Source of the DNA: Candidatus Poribacteria bacterium
GTDB lineage: Bacteria > Poribacteria > WGA-4E > WGA-3G
Length of the DNA stretch: 64,000 nt
Reading direction: 5' to 3'
Assembly (NCBI GenBank): GCA_965198235.1
Contig: OZ240248.1
Coordinates: 4,032,001 to 4,096,000 of the forward strand
Shown here: positions 8,419 to 18,850 of the stretch, piece by piece
How the letters are laid out: each line of letters opens with the position of its first letter
Numbering within the stretch: the stretch's first letter is position 1
Program-made: the position numbers and the translations under genes
The notes under the pieces: model-generated
What the model was told of the DNA's origin: nothing
Database searches by the model: none
The model's input: the letters and a program-made list of their open reading frames with translations, nothing else

Positions 8419-10272
8419 GTGCAGACGGTTACTTTTGACGCAGGAAGCACGCTGTCGTGGCGCAGCATGCAAGAAGCAACAGTGCATCGAGCAGAATTAA
8501 CCCGTTTGTTGCGGCGCGGGGAACGCGCATGGGTTTCTCTACCGTCTGAGCTGTTAGAAACGCGGTATCAATTGAACGCTGTGGAACAGTCCTTTGGCGA
8601 CACCGAACCAGCGACAGCGATTCAGGGGAAACTCCGCCAATCTCATCCGCAGAACCGAGCAGAATACAATCAGCACCACTTAATTGCGCAACCCCACGCG
8701 GATGCCCCCTGCTATAATATTAGTGACTATGTTCAGCGATGCATAGCAGGCGACCTTCCAATTGCAGAACGGCTTCGCGGACGAACCGTGATTCATCTTT
8801 ACCAGACGGAAACGGCAGCGGAAGATCTTTTGAACGGTACAGGGGTTTCGGGGTTCGTAGAACGCGTGCTGGTAGACTATTTAAAGGCTTATGGCAAAAA
8901 GCATCTTATCGGTTTTACCTGTGAACTACCGAGATTTTTGTCTTTAGTAAGCGTTTTGGGAAGTGGTATAACGTCGGTGCCGTGGAGTCCTACACTGTTA
9001 GAAACGACAGCGGAGACACTTACAACATATCTGCCCTTAGTCTTTTATGAGACTTACAACTCGGCGGCAGTCAGGAACACATTTTGGAACGAACTGACAA
9101 CGCGATTCGCAACCTGCTTTCTTAGAGGTGTACGCGATTTCTGTCATCAGGAAAGACTACAGTTTGCTTTAAGTCTCCCCGCAAGTGCAAAGGCACTGGA
9201 GTTTGAGTTAGGGGCAATGCTGGCACAAGTCGACTGCCCTATTCTAAACGCCACCGAAATAGATACACCGAAGCGACTCGTCATTGCGAAATGGGTCTGT
9301 AGCGATACACAGTATGCCGGTATTTCACGAAAGGCATCCCAGAAAACGGATAGACGGACAGTGCTTGAAGATGCGAGCCTCGGTTTTAATCTGTGGATAA
9401 ATAGAGATCAGGCAACAGTCCCGAAATCCTCTACTCTAACGCAAAAATTATCACGCGGTTATCCAAAGAGACCGCTCCTTATGGTCGCACCAACACAGAG
9501 CCTCTGGACGAAACCTGATGAGAAGCAGTGGAATGGATTGACAAAAGCATGGGGACGGTTGTGTCAGAGCGTGTGGGAATTGGGCTACGACTTCAGGATT
9601 GTCTCAGAGCAGGAACTGGGTTCAGCAGAAATATCGCAAGCCTATAGAGGAAACCTGCGGGACAATGCTGACGGCACAGGAAAACGGGGCAATAGGAGCG
9701 GTGGACTCAGTTTCCCGAACGACCGAGTAGACATCAAGGAGATTTATAACGTTATTCTGCTTCCGAGTTGTATCTCGCTTCAAGAAGAGACTGTTAAACG
9801 TCTGAGCGGATTCACGAAAGCGAAGGGAAGATTGATAGCAGACGAGCCGATTCCGTATTTGCTCAACGGCAGGATTGGACTTGAGCCGTATCCCCTGGAA
9901 CAACTTCTCTTCGGGCGGCGGACAACTATTTTACGAGGTCCGCAAAACGAGAAAATCGCGAAGCTCGAAAAATGCCTCCGAAAATGGGTGAACCCTTCCA
10001 TATCGGTGTATGTAAAGCCCAACAACGAGGAGGCAGATACCGTTCAGGTACACCACCGGGGCGCGGAAAAATCTGAACGTTTTTATCTCTTCAATCGAGG
10101 CAGTGAACCGATTGATGCCTTGATTGAGATACCCGGTAAGGCATCGCACGTTACGGAATGGGATTTGTTTAAGGGAACGGAAGAGACTGTTGATTTTTGG
10201 CACGCAAATGGAAGGACATACCTCAATAGTACATTTACAGTTAAACAGGGACGGCTTTTTGCGGTTTCGTAA
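8419..10272 (+). CDS. Hypothetical protein, divergent GH106/beta-galactosidase-like fold
   Basis: C-terminal GYDFRIVSEQEL...YNVILLPSC...GRLI resembles a class-I GATase-like trimerisation domain; N-terminal catalytic region looks degenerate. Confidence 0.5.
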   Translation: MQTVTFDAGSTLSWRSMQEATVHRAELTRLLRRGERAWVSLPSELLETRYQLNAVEQSFGDTEPATAIQGKLRQSHPQNRAEYNQHHLIAQPHADAPCYNISDYVQRCIAGDLPIAERLRGRTVIHLYQTETAAEDLLNGTGVSGFVERVLVDYLKAYGKKHLIGFTCELPRFLSLVSVLGSGITSVPWSPTLLETTAETLTTYLPLVFYETYNSAAVRNTFWNELTTRFATCFLRGVRDFCHQERLQFALSLPASAKALEFELGAMLAQVDCPILNATEIDTPKRLVIAKWVCSDTQYAGISRKASQKTDRRTVLEDASLGFNLWINRDQATVPKSSTLTQKLSRGYPKRPLLMVAPTQSLWTKPDEKQWNGLTKAWGRLCQSVWELGYDFRIVSEQELGSAEISQAYRGNLRDNADGTGKRGNRSGGLSFPNDRVDIKEIYNVILLPSCISLQEETVKRLSGFTKAKGRLIADEPIPYLLNGRIGLEPYPLEQLLFGRRTTILRGPQNEKIAKLEKCLRKWVNPSISVYVKPNNEEADTVQVHHRGAEKSERFYLFNRGSEPIDALIEIPGKASHVTEWDLFKGTEETVDFWHANGRTYLNSTFTVKQGRLFAVS

Positions 10273-10316
10273 AATTGGAAGTCGCCTCTCATGTTAACAC
10301 TATGAAAGGAGTCATT

Positions 10317-11876
10317 ATGACAGGTGGAGATCTTTTTGTCGAATGTTTAAAGGCACAAGGTATTAGTGTCATTTTCGGTTTGCCAGGCAACCATTTAGAC
10401 ACGGTTTATGAATCGTTATACAACAATCAGGACAGCATCCGGCACTATGTCACACGACATGAAGGTGGTGCATCATTTATGGCGGATGGCTACGCGCGCG
10501 CGACAGGCGAAGTTGGTGTCTGTATGACCGTCCCGGGGCCCGGTTCAAACAACGCTTCTATTGGTATTGGCGAATCAAATACAGCGTCTTCGCCGGTACT
10601 TTGGATTACTGGGCAGAACCCATCCTACTTAGCACCACAGGATCCGAAGAAGAGTTTTCACGGACTGGATCAGAAAGCTGCCTTCACATCGATGACGAAA
10701 CATCTGGAAATTGTGCATCGGGTAGACCAGATTCCGGGTGCCATCAATCGGAGTTTCAGTGCCTTACGTTCTGGTAGACCTGGACCCGTGCTGATCGAGT
10801 TAGCAAAAGATGCGTTGGATGCCGAAGCCGACTTTCCAATCCCACCACGGAACAACGGTATTCAGACGACCGCAAGTCCACAAGATGTAGATGCCGCGCT
10901 GGCATTGTTGAGCACCTCAGAACGTCCATTTATTATCGCAGGCGGTGGTATTAACCATACACGCGCAACTGCAGAAATACTTGAGTTCGCGGAGCTGCTG
11001 GACGCACCAATCGTGATGACAGGTTTTGGCAAAGGTTCCGTGCCAGAAGATTCGCCGTATTCCATCGGTGTCTTCCGAGATGGCGTTTCCCAAGCAGCGA
11101 TGGAAGCATCCGACCTCATCGTTGCCGTCGGCACCCGGTTTAACTATCGTGATACCGGTAACTGGAGCCTCAAGATTCCGCAACCTTTGTTGCATATTGA
11201 AGCGGATCCAGAGGAGATTCACAAAGAATATCCTGCCACTGTCGGTATCGGTGCGAATCCGAAATTGGTTTTGCGCCAGTTGAATGCCGCGCTACGCGAC
11301 GAGAAACCGACAGGTGGCTGGGGTGAAGGATTACGCGAATTACGCCGGCGATGGACAGCGATTGAACACCCGCGGATCCTCCAAGAGATGCGCGATGTGA
11401 TGCCCCGCGATGCGATCTTGTCGGTTGACGTTAACATTACGGGCTATGGCGCGCTGGCACATTTCCCGTGTTATCACCCGGGGAGTTACATCTTCTCCGG
11501 TGTATCTGTTGCAATGGGAATCGGATTGACAGGTGCCATCGGTGCGCAGGTCGCTTACCCAGAGCGGAAAGTCGTCGCCCTGAGTGGTGATGGTGGATTT
11601 TTAATGACGTGCCCGGACTTCGCAACCGCGGTGATGTATAACCTGCCCGTTGTGACGCTTGTGATGAACGACAACCAGTATACTTCGATCGAACGCGGAC
11701 AACTCCGCCGCTTCGGCAAACGGATCGGTGTTGAACTCGTCAACCCGGACTTCGTGCAGTTTGCGGAATCGTTCGGTGCGATCGGGCTACGCGTCGAAGA
11801 TCCAAGTGATTTTAAGCCGACGTTTGAAAAGGCACTCGCTTTGGATAAACCGGTTCTTCTTGAAGTCGTCAAGTAG
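10317..11876 (+). CDS. Thiamine-pyrophosphate-binding protein (acetolactate synthase large-subunit-like)
   Basis: IFGLPG, RHEGGASFMADGYAR, PGPG, GRPGPV, SGDGGF...NDN TPP motif. Confidence 0.9.
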   Translation: MTGGDLFVECLKAQGISVIFGLPGNHLDTVYESLYNNQDSIRHYVTRHEGGASFMADGYARATGEVGVCMTVPGPGSNNASIGIGESNTASSPVLWITGQNPSYLAPQDPKKSFHGLDQKAAFTSMTKHLEIVHRVDQIPGAINRSFSALRSGRPGPVLIELAKDALDAEADFPIPPRNNGIQTTASPQDVDAALALLSTSERPFIIAGGGINHTRATAEILEFAELLDAPIVMTGFGKGSVPEDSPYSIGVFRDGVSQAAMEASDLIVAVGTRFNYRDTGNWSLKIPQPLLHIEADPEEIHKEYPATVGIGANPKLVLRQLNAALRDEKPTGGWGEGLRELRRRWTAIEHPRILQEMRDVMPRDAILSVDVNITGYGALAHFPCYHPGSYIFSGVSVAMGIGLTGAIGAQVAYPERKVVALSGDGGFLMTCPDFATAVMYNLPVVTLVMNDNQYTSIERGQLRRFGKRIGVELVNPDFVQFAESFGAIGLRVEDPSDFKPTFEKALALDKPVLLEVVK

Positions 11877-11900
11877 TTATGTAGGCAGGCACAAGAGCTG

Positions 11901-11956
11901 GGGAAACACCCAAGCACAAACACCCACCTCACCGAACCGCAAGGAATAATTAAAAA
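11901..11956 (+). repeat. Intergenic repeat: GGAAACACCCAAGCA(A/C)AAACAC module plus AACCGCAAGG..ATTAAAAA module
   Basis: First module recurs at about 22466-22487 and reversed at about 18139-18160; second module recurs reversed at 31805-31825 and 43434-43455. Confidence 0.7.
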
Positions 11957-11967
11957 AGGAGTTGGAT

Positions 11968-13170
11968 ATGGCGAAAAAGATCGGTGTTCTAACAGGTGGA
12001 GGCGATACAAGTGCTCTTAACGCCACCCTTAAAGGTATTGCGTTGAAAGCCGAGGAACTCGGTTTTGAACTCATCGGATTCATGGAAGGGTGGCGCGGTG
12101 TTCTGAAGGGTGGACGTTACTTTACGCTAACGCCTGACCTGATTGATGAAAACCGGGGTGGGACGCTGTTAAAGAGTTCACGCACGAACCTGATTAAAGA
12201 TGGCAAATTAGATGAAGCCGTCAGTAATCTGAAAAAACTGGACATCAGCGGTCTTATTCCGATAGGTGGTGATGATACTTTAACAGTTGGCACAGCACTG
12301 TCGGATCAATTCACAACCACATTCGTCACCAAAACAATCGATAACGACGTGGGTATCAATCCGCCTGAAGGGGATGCCGTCGATTACTCTAAGATGGTTA
12401 ACTATTTCTGCCCCGGCTTCCCTTCATCTGCGAACAGCGTCATCAACGCCATCCGAGATCTACGGACGACTACCTACTCCCACGATCGCGTGATTGTTGT
12501 TGAAGCGATGGGACGAGATGCGGGTTGGCTGACACTGTCTGCCGCCTACGGGCAGGCGGATCTTATCGTTGTCCCAGAGGTGCCGTATCAACCGGAGAAA
12601 CTGGCGGAAGCGATTCGCGAAAAACACGCAGAACAGGGGAACGTCATCGTTGTTGTATCGGAAGGTATCAGAAATGACAATGGGGAATTGATGATTACTT
12701 CACAGGTGGAACTCGATGCTTTTGGGCATACGAAACCTGGCGGTTGTTCAGAAATTATCGTTGAGGCGATGAAGAAACTCCTTCCCGAAATTTCGAGTTC
12801 AGCGTTTCGCGCATTGATACTCGGCTATCTCCAGAGATGCGGTAGCCCGATCCCGATGGATAGAGACATTGCTATGAAGGCAGGTGCCATGGCGGTGCAG
12901 GCACTCTCAGACGGGATGTTCAATGGCGTTGCGACTATTACACGGACGGATGCAGGCATTGAACCGACCCTGTTACCTTTAGAACAGGTGCTAAAGCGGG
13001 ATGCGTCCGGACATGTGATTCGGAGAAGTCTCGATCTGCGGTTCTACGATGCAGAACGGTATCAGATGTCACCAGCGGGTGCTGGATATTTCCGTCCGCT
13101 GTTCGGGGACTTGCCGCGTCCGGAGCGGTCATTGGACGATCGATTGATTGAGATTGGTGAGATTGGGTGA
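11968..13170 (+). CDS. pfkA: 6-phosphofructokinase family, PPi-dependent signature
   Basis: GGGDTSALN, GGDDT, TKTIDND, EAMGRDAGW, LGYLQRCG. Confidence 0.88.
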   Translation: MAKKIGVLTGGGDTSALNATLKGIALKAEELGFELIGFMEGWRGVLKGGRYFTLTPDLIDENRGGTLLKSSRTNLIKDGKLDEAVSNLKKLDISGLIPIGGDDTLTVGTALSDQFTTTFVTKTIDNDVGINPPEGDAVDYSKMVNYFCPGFPSSANSVINAIRDLRTTTYSHDRVIVVEAMGRDAGWLTLSAAYGQADLIVVPEVPYQPEKLAEAIREKHAEQGNVIVVVSEGIRNDNGELMITSQVELDAFGHTKPGGCSEIIVEAMKKLLPEISSSAFRALILGYLQRCGSPIPMDRDIAMKAGAMAVQALSDGMFNGVATITRTDAGIEPTLLPLEQVLKRDASGHVIRRSLDLRFYDAERYQMSPAGAGYFRPLFGDLPRPERSLDDRLIEIGEIG

Positions 13171-13244
13171 TATAGACTATTGCGCGCCCGGACAGACACC
13201 GAGCGCGCAGCAGTATAAAACTCTCAATTAGAGGAAAACAAATT

Positions 13245-13460
13245 ATGAAAAAAGAACAAATTATGTCCCAGAATCCACGTGTGATGCACGGGGCTTTAGT
13301 TTTTGCTGGCACCCGAGTGCCAGTTGAAACTCTGATCCAGTATCTTGTATCAGGAGATTCAATTGATACATTTCTCGCCGACTTCCCAACAGTTTCACAC
13401 GAGCAAGCGGTTGCTTATCTGGAGATGACTCTGGAGTACGCCAATGCGCGTGTTGCTTGA
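13245..13460 (+). CDS. DUF433-type antitoxin
   Basis: PRVMHGALVFAGTRVPV...FLADFPTV. Confidence 0.85.
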   Translation: MKKEQIMSQNPRVMHGALVFAGTRVPVETLIQYLVSGDSIDTFLADFPTVSHEQAVAYLEMTLEYANARVA

Positions 13461-13665
13461 CGAAAATCTCCCCCATAAACTGCGAACACTCTTTCCCGAT
13501 TCAATTGAAGTTATTACGGTCGACTATCGCGGTTGGAAAGGGAAAGAGAACGGAGAACTCTTGCAAATGGCTGCTGCGGAATTTGATGCCTTTGTCACAA
13601 CAGACAGAGGGATTTTGTATGAGCAGAACTTGGAGGAAATTCAACAAAATCATCAATACCAATAG
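13444..13665 (+). pseudogene. DUF5615 PIN-like toxin, C-terminally truncated
   Basis: MRVLLDENLP...GWKGKENGELL...FVTTDRG; runs into an hsdR remnant on the opposite strand. Confidence 0.75.
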
Positions 13666-14851
13666 TGCCTGCGTTGTATTCTGCGATCACCTGCTCAAAT
13701 TTCTGTTGATAATCCATCCGACTTCTGTTGAGGCGAATCATCGCGGCGAGTTTGCCATTGATTGCGCCTCTTGAGTCTCTCCGCCTCGACGCGTTTGTGT
13801 TCCGTTTGAAATTGTTCACTTAGCTGCTCAAAGTCGATTTGGCTTAAATCTACCTGATGCATATCGTAACTGTCAGGCGGTATCTGAATAAGATAACCTT
13901 CGGGTGCGATTGACTCGTCCAGCAGATTTTCAACTTCTGTCATTACACCAGAGATGTCAGCGGGTGGCGTTAAATTCCTGATTTTCTGTGCGATGACATT
14001 GATAAGTTGGCAAATTCTGGTAAACTCATGCGCATCAGGGTCGGGCAGAATCGCTTTGTATAGTTTAATGACGTTCGTTGCGAATTGTAGATAAAGTTCT
14101 CAACAACATCAAGTAACCGCTTGGGTGTGCATAGTGCTTGCAATATCGTCTCTAAAGAGACCTTGAGGGATTCATCCTCACTGTGAACGCGTTTCCACTC
14201 GGCGAAGTGCTCCCAACTGGCGGTGAGGCTCCCGACTTTGCTGTCCGTGCCGTTAGAGAGAAGAATGAAGGCGTTATACCAAAAGAGATGTGGGATGGTG
14301 TCTTTGTAATCCCTGATGTTGTGGGTGTAGGCATCGTGAAGGTTGACATCAATCCGCTTGAACTCCATCAGAACTAAGGGAATCCCGTTGACGAAGCAGA
14401 TGAGATCCGGACGTTTGGTATACATCTCACCGGTGACCGAGAATTGAGATGCGGCAAAGAAATCATTATTCTCTGGATTTTCCCAGTCAATCACCTGAAG
14501 TACTTCAGTGGTTTCACTGTCGCCACTTCGATCACTAACAGTGACCCGTACGCCGTCTTTTAGGAGGGTGTAGATTTCACGGTTGGCTTCGACCAGGCTC
14601 ATGAGTGCGCGGGAATCGGTGAGTTGCTCGATTGCTTTGGTAATCGCATCTTGGGTTGCGGTCGGATTGAGTCGTTCTAATGCGGGTTGAAGACGAGAGG
14701 TTAAGACAACTTCGGATTTTGTTTGCCTGCCAAGGGGACTTCCATCTCTCTGATCGAATTCACTATAACAGTTTCGCGTCTCCCACCCCATTTCTGCAAG
14801 GAGTGCAATGGCGGGTTGTTCGATGAGTTCATCTTCACTGTATGGGTTCAT
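13620..14851 (-). pseudogene. hsdR: Type I restriction subunit HsdR with the helicase core deleted
   Basis: N-terminal nuclease domain (SEDELIEQPAI, RPDLICFVNGIPLVLMEFK) joined out of frame to C-terminal segments LYKAILPDP...VENLLDESI and RLNRSRMDYQQKFEQVIAEYNAG. Confidence 0.85.
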
Positions 14852-15161
14852 TTGTTCGGATTGGATTTGTGAAGGCTTTTTATGAGAGAAACTCCCGCTT
14901 TCAACGTTTCTGCTGAATCAACATCAACAATTTTTAAGATACCTTTTTCTGCCAAAGCCTCTTCAAACTCAAAACGATGGATCCCTGCTAACTCAGCAGC
15001 TCTGCCAAGTGTTACTTCGCTTCTTGATATAGCAGAATTGCAGCATCTAACTGTGATTCGTTTTCAAGAGATTTACGCAGCCGCTCCCGCTCAGCTTTGG
15101 GCAGCTTCTGTATTAATGGCAACAGTTTTTCAAGCGTTATCGGTTCAGAAATTTGAATCAT
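14848..15161 (-). pseudogene. UPF0175-family antitoxin-like gene with a 1-bp frameshift
   Basis: MIQISEP...AAILLYQE then, in the adjacent frame, EVTLGRAAELAGIHRFEF; stop codon overlaps the hsdR ATG (ATGA). Confidence 0.7.
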
Positions 15162-15196
15162 TACAATTTACCTTTTTTGCATTTCCTTTCCGATTT

Positions 15197-15739
15197 TCAG
15201 GTTCGTTCACGTCTCACCTCTGCAAGTGCTTCCTCAAAATCGCGTATCACTTCCTCCTCTGGAATATCGGCAAACGCATTGTGGAAGTGTGCTACGGTCC
15301 TATCCCATTCTTCCCGAAGCCGTTTGCGCTCACTTTCAACTTCGGTGCGGAAACGCGAAACGATCCGCTGCCACTCGGTTGGTACGGATGAACTCCATTC
15401 CTGAAGGTCCGGTAGGAAAAAGACTTTCTCAGCAAAATCGGAATCTTTGACGATTTGTTTAACCTCATTGACGAGTGGACTTGACTTTTGCTGTCGTTGC
15501 TGGTCGGAATCAACAACAAAAATAATATAATCATCTTGCGCAAGGTAGTGCTGAAGGGTCTTCCTCAAGTCGCTGCTCACAGGAACCCCCTTTCTATGAC
15601 ACTTACGGAGCGCACTTCTTCCAGTTGTCCGAATAGCCAATTGTCCAAGTTGCCTAAATTTTACAAATTCATCTTCCAAAAATTTGACTGCTTGAGTATC
15701 ATAATCAGATTCCAAATTCCAGGCTCTCGCGCTTAGCAT
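15197..15739 (-). CDS. DUF4276/TOPRIM-like ATPase partner with a chimeric C-terminus
   Basis: ESDYD and FVVDSD acidic motifs; overlaps the ATPase stop; C-terminus FADIPEEEVIRDFEEALAEVR is antitoxin-like. Confidence 0.5.
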   Translation of the reverse strand: MLSARAWNLESDYDTQAVKFLEDEFVKFRQLGQLAIRTTGRSALRKCHRKGVPVSSDLRKTLQHYLAQDDYIIFVVDSDQQRQQKSSPLVNEVKQIVKDSDFAEKVFFLPDLQEWSSSVPTEWQRIVSRFRTEVESERKRLREEWDRTVAHFHNAFADIPEEEVIRDFEEALAEVRRERT

Positions 15740-16905
15740 ACCGGTTCCTCCATGAGGTCTTGCAGAAGTCCACTATCAAAAACGGCACTGCCCATTCCGA
15801 AATCAGCGATCCAACTGTCCAATGCTTCGCGTTTACCGCGAATCTCCTCAAGATTGAGTGCTTCTGTGCCGAGTCCAGGGCGGTTGCGTAAGAGCAAAAC
15901 ACCAAGGGAATTCGATAGACTTTCAGATTTGAGGTTGTCCAAGAGTTGTGAACTATGCGTCGTGATAATCACCTGCGTTCGTTCGGCGATACGCTCAAGT
16001 ATGTACGCAATATCCTTCAGTGCACCAGGGTGTAGACTTCGCTCCGGTTCTTCAATGGCAATAAGCGGCGGTAATTCAGATTGATTGAGCAAGGTGTTAT
16101 ATGCAAGAAGACGCAATGTTCCATCAGACGCGCCCTCCAAAGGGATCGGATTCTCGTACCCTTCTAAAAGGCATAGTTTGTCATTTCCATTAATTGAGCG
16201 GTGCTCTATGCTAATATTTGTACAGGCTGCCAAAGATTCACTAACGTTACGGAAATCCTCTGGAGCATTTCCATGCCAATCTGAGAGCACTTCTGCCAAT
16301 CCGAAGCCATAAGTATCAAGTTTTGGAGATTCACGGAGTTCTTTTGTAACATGTGAAAATGTCGCTAGACGATTTCGTATGAATTCCGGTTGAAAGTCAT
16401 AAATTTCCCAACTCTTAATAAATTCTGTTAAAGTACTTGTAATTGGCTTATCCCCATAATCGCCAGCGGATTTCAAGGCGAGTTTATTGGACGTGTATGT
16501 TGTCTTATTCGTGCCGTTTTCATCTTGAACCTCACCTTTTCCGTTTTCAACCGATATGACTTTTACACCTGCAACCGATAATTCCTCGGCAACAAAAGGA
16601 TTGTTAACATCCGCCTTAAATTTCAATTCGTATATAGCTGGAGCTTCTTTCACCTCGGCTTGCAATTGGAAAGTAATGTGACTTGCTTTACCTGCCCAAA
16701 GGTAACCTTGAACTAATTCAACTGGCGGCAGTTTTTCATCAGTCATCATTGACCTGAGACTGTACAAAGCACTCAAAACATTGGACTTCCCACTCGCGTT
16801 GGGACCAACAAGAACTGTCAGAGGTTTTAGTGGAAGTATAATGTTCCGTAAACTCAGGAAGTTTTTGATATGAATTTCCTCTAAGGATGATTCCCGTTCG
16901 GACAT
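15733..16905 (-). CDS. AAA_21/AAA_15-type ABC ATPase (defence-associated)
   Basis: IKNFLSL, GPNASGKSN Walker A, SDGTLR signature, IEEPERSLHP Walker B, ITTHS. Confidence 0.88.
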   Translation of the reverse strand: MSERESSLEEIHIKNFLSLRNIILPLKPLTVLVGPNASGKSNVLSALYSLRSMMTDEKLPPVELVQGYLWAGKASHITFQLQAEVKEAPAIYELKFKADVNNPFVAEELSVAGVKVISVENGKGEVQDENGTNKTTYTSNKLALKSAGDYGDKPITSTLTEFIKSWEIYDFQPEFIRNRLATFSHVTKELRESPKLDTYGFGLAEVLSDWHGNAPEDFRNVSESLAACTNISIEHRSINGNDKLCLLEGYENPIPLEGASDGTLRLLAYNTLLNQSELPPLIAIEEPERSLHPGALKDIAYILERIAERTQVIITTHSSQLLDNLKSESLSNSLGVLLLRNRPGLGTEALNLEEIRGKREALDSWIADFGMGSAVFDSGLLQDLMEEPVC

Positions 16906-16945
16906 GGGTTCCGCCTTTATGTTTGGATTAAACCTTCGGTGCTAC

Positions 16946-17224
16946 TCAGTTTTCAAGGTTCAAGAGGGCATGTGTAAACTCATCAATATTTGATGCGCGT
17001 GCGGCGACGCGGTGTAACTGATCCAGACGTTGTAGGTCGTCAATGGCTCCAAGAAAAGGCTTTAGTTTCTCTGCGACATCGGTCTGAAATCGGACCTCCA
17101 GCACTGTGAGTATCGCTTCAACAGCGTGCTGTTTCTTTCCTTGTTCGATCCCTTTCTCAGTGAAGTATTGGATGATAGAAGATTCTTGCACGATGACCTC
17201 CGATAATGTTTGTATCATAAACAA
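16946..17224 (-). CDS. C-terminal fragment of an Rpn/transposase_31-like protein
   Basis: ESSIIQYFTEKGIEQG...ILTVLEVRF...DLQRLDQL; no nuclease domain. Confidence 0.55.
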   Translation of the reverse strand: MFMIQTLSEVIVQESSIIQYFTEKGIEQGKKQHAVEAILTVLEVRFQTDVAEKLKPFLGAIDDLQRLDQLHRVAARASNIDEFTHALLNLEN

Positions 17225-17773
17225 CTACCGGGCGCATTCACGATCCTCGTGGATGAGATCGTCGACAAAATTTTCACGCTCGGTTTCAGTCATCGTGTCC
17301 CAATCTAAACCGCGCGAGGCACATAACTGTCGAAACCGCGTTTCGGCAGAGTCCATACGTTTTACTCGATCGGGATCTTCAATCCCCAGATGCGCTCTCC
17401 ACAACCGAGCTTCAAGTTCCTGAACACCCAGCGCGAAAAACACTTTGCCAGCGAAATCGGGGTCCACAACGACCTGTTTAATTTGTTCAATAAGTGCTCC
17501 TGCCTTTTGTGGACAAGGACGTGCAGACACTGAACCCTTGCTATCAGCGAGGAAAATAACATAGTCATCTTGCCCGAGGTAGTACCGAATTGCCTTTTTC
17601 AGCTCGCCATTCAAAGATTCATCGCTCCCATTGGACAGCAGGAATGCTTTGCTGCCAACTGTTTGGATAGACAAATCATCAAGTTTCAAGTTTGTCGTTA
17701 AACGATCTGCCAGGGATTTGAGTGCTTCTGCCTTATAATCGGATTCCACAGTCCAGATCCTTATGCTTGCCAT
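17225..17773 (-). CDS. Paralog of 15197-15739 (DUF4276/TOPRIM-like N-terminus, different C-terminus)
   Basis: IWTVESDY, YLGQDDYVIFLADS, DFAGKVFF, VQELEA align with the other copy. Confidence 0.5.
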   Translation of the reverse strand: MASIRIWTVESDYKAEALKSLADRLTTNLKLDDLSIQTVGSKAFLLSNGSDESLNGELKKAIRYYLGQDDYVIFLADSKGSVSARPCPQKAGALIEQIKQVVVDPDFAGKVFFALGVQELEARLWRAHLGIEDPDRVKRMDSAETRFRQLCASRGLDWDTMTETERENFVDDLIHEDRECAR

Positions 17774-17793
17774 GTTGGCACCTCCATTGCTTA

Positions 17794-17994
17794 TCAGTCA
17801 TCCTTTATCAAGTCAGCTCGGATGTCTTGATAGTCGCGAAAATCGGTTTCGGTCCGGACAGCAGCATCCATCTCCAATATGTCCTCTAAATCTTCGAGGC
17901 GTTGTATGAGAAGTCGATATTCCTGGATTGACAAGAAAGCAGCAGTTTTTTCGCCCTTGTCATCAACAAGATACTAGGGGTTGATATCGAGCAT
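17794..17994 (-). pseudogene. Small antitoxin-like gene with an internal stop codon
   Basis: MLDINP*YLVDDKGEKTAAFLSIQEYRLLIQRLEDLED; GGAGG RBS; TAG at codon 7. Confidence 0.6.
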
Positions 17995-18088
17995 AAGTGT
18001 CCTCCTAATTACCTTGCTGCAATTATACACTGTCGCGTTGCGTATGTCAATAGGTGTGTAAATATTTTGTCAAACGCTTGAGTTGAAA

Positions 18089-18342
18089 GGGGTGTGTAAA
18101 TATTTTGGCACAAACCGTCTGTTTCTCTTGTGGGAGGGGTGTTTTTGCTTGGGTGTTTCCCCGATTGCAGAGGTGAAACCTAACTTCCGACGAAAGACCT
18201 TGAACACACAGAACCTCCAAAATCCGCGAAATTTGTGTAATCCGTGTCATCCGCGATTCAGACGAGAGACACCCCTAAATCCTACAAAGGATGGATGCAT
18301 TTTCTAAAATTGACACCTATGGATAAATATTTTACACACCCC
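18089..18342. mobile_element. MITE-like element bounded by imperfect inverted repeats
   Basis: GGGGTGTGTAAATATTTT ... AAATATTTTACACACCCC, enclosing other repeat modules; a partial direct copy of the left end lies at 18053. Confidence 0.5.
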
Positions 18343-18395
18343 AACAGCACTTATTTTCAGACGATAAGGGAACTGTGTCCACCTCTGGCATACAG

Positions 18396-18827
18396 TTAGG
18401 GTTTGTCAGTATCGAGGTCAAGTTCGGATACGTCAATCTCGCCAGAAATGAGTTTGGGAAGGAGGAGGTCACGGGTTTTTCGGAGGGCTTTATTCTGAAA
18501 GATTAGGTTCTGAATTTTGCCAACGACTTCGCAAGTAAAACTACTAAAACGTTGAATGATTTGATCTGGGGGAATCACAATCTGGTACTCGGCAAGCACG
18601 TTCCATTCAGCTCTTGGCATTTTTGATCCTTGAGCAGTCGTCGTTGCATACGCAATAAAATGTTCACTGGAAACACATGCAAGGGTTATTGCAAAACATT
18701 CATTTCTTTTGGGACGTATCACGATTGTGTCTGATGAACAAATCCCGTCTAAGGGGGCAACACCAAGATCAAGGCTTGATGTGTCTTCGGTTGTTGAGGG
18801 TAAATTCGGTTTCTTTTCGTCAGACAT
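18396..18827 (-). pseudogene. hsdS: Type I specificity subunit HsdS, C-terminal part only
   Basis: GICSSDTIVIRPK, QGSKMPRAEW, IVIPP, LRKTRDLLLPKLISGEIDV; the first ~20 aa look unrelated. Confidence 0.85.
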
Positions 18828-18850
18828 TATGAAAGCCTTATTTTGGATAG

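Noticed and set aside
14882-15391. 169-aa plus-strand ORF
   Set aside because: Antisense shadow of the UPF0175 and DUF4276-like genes; no motifs
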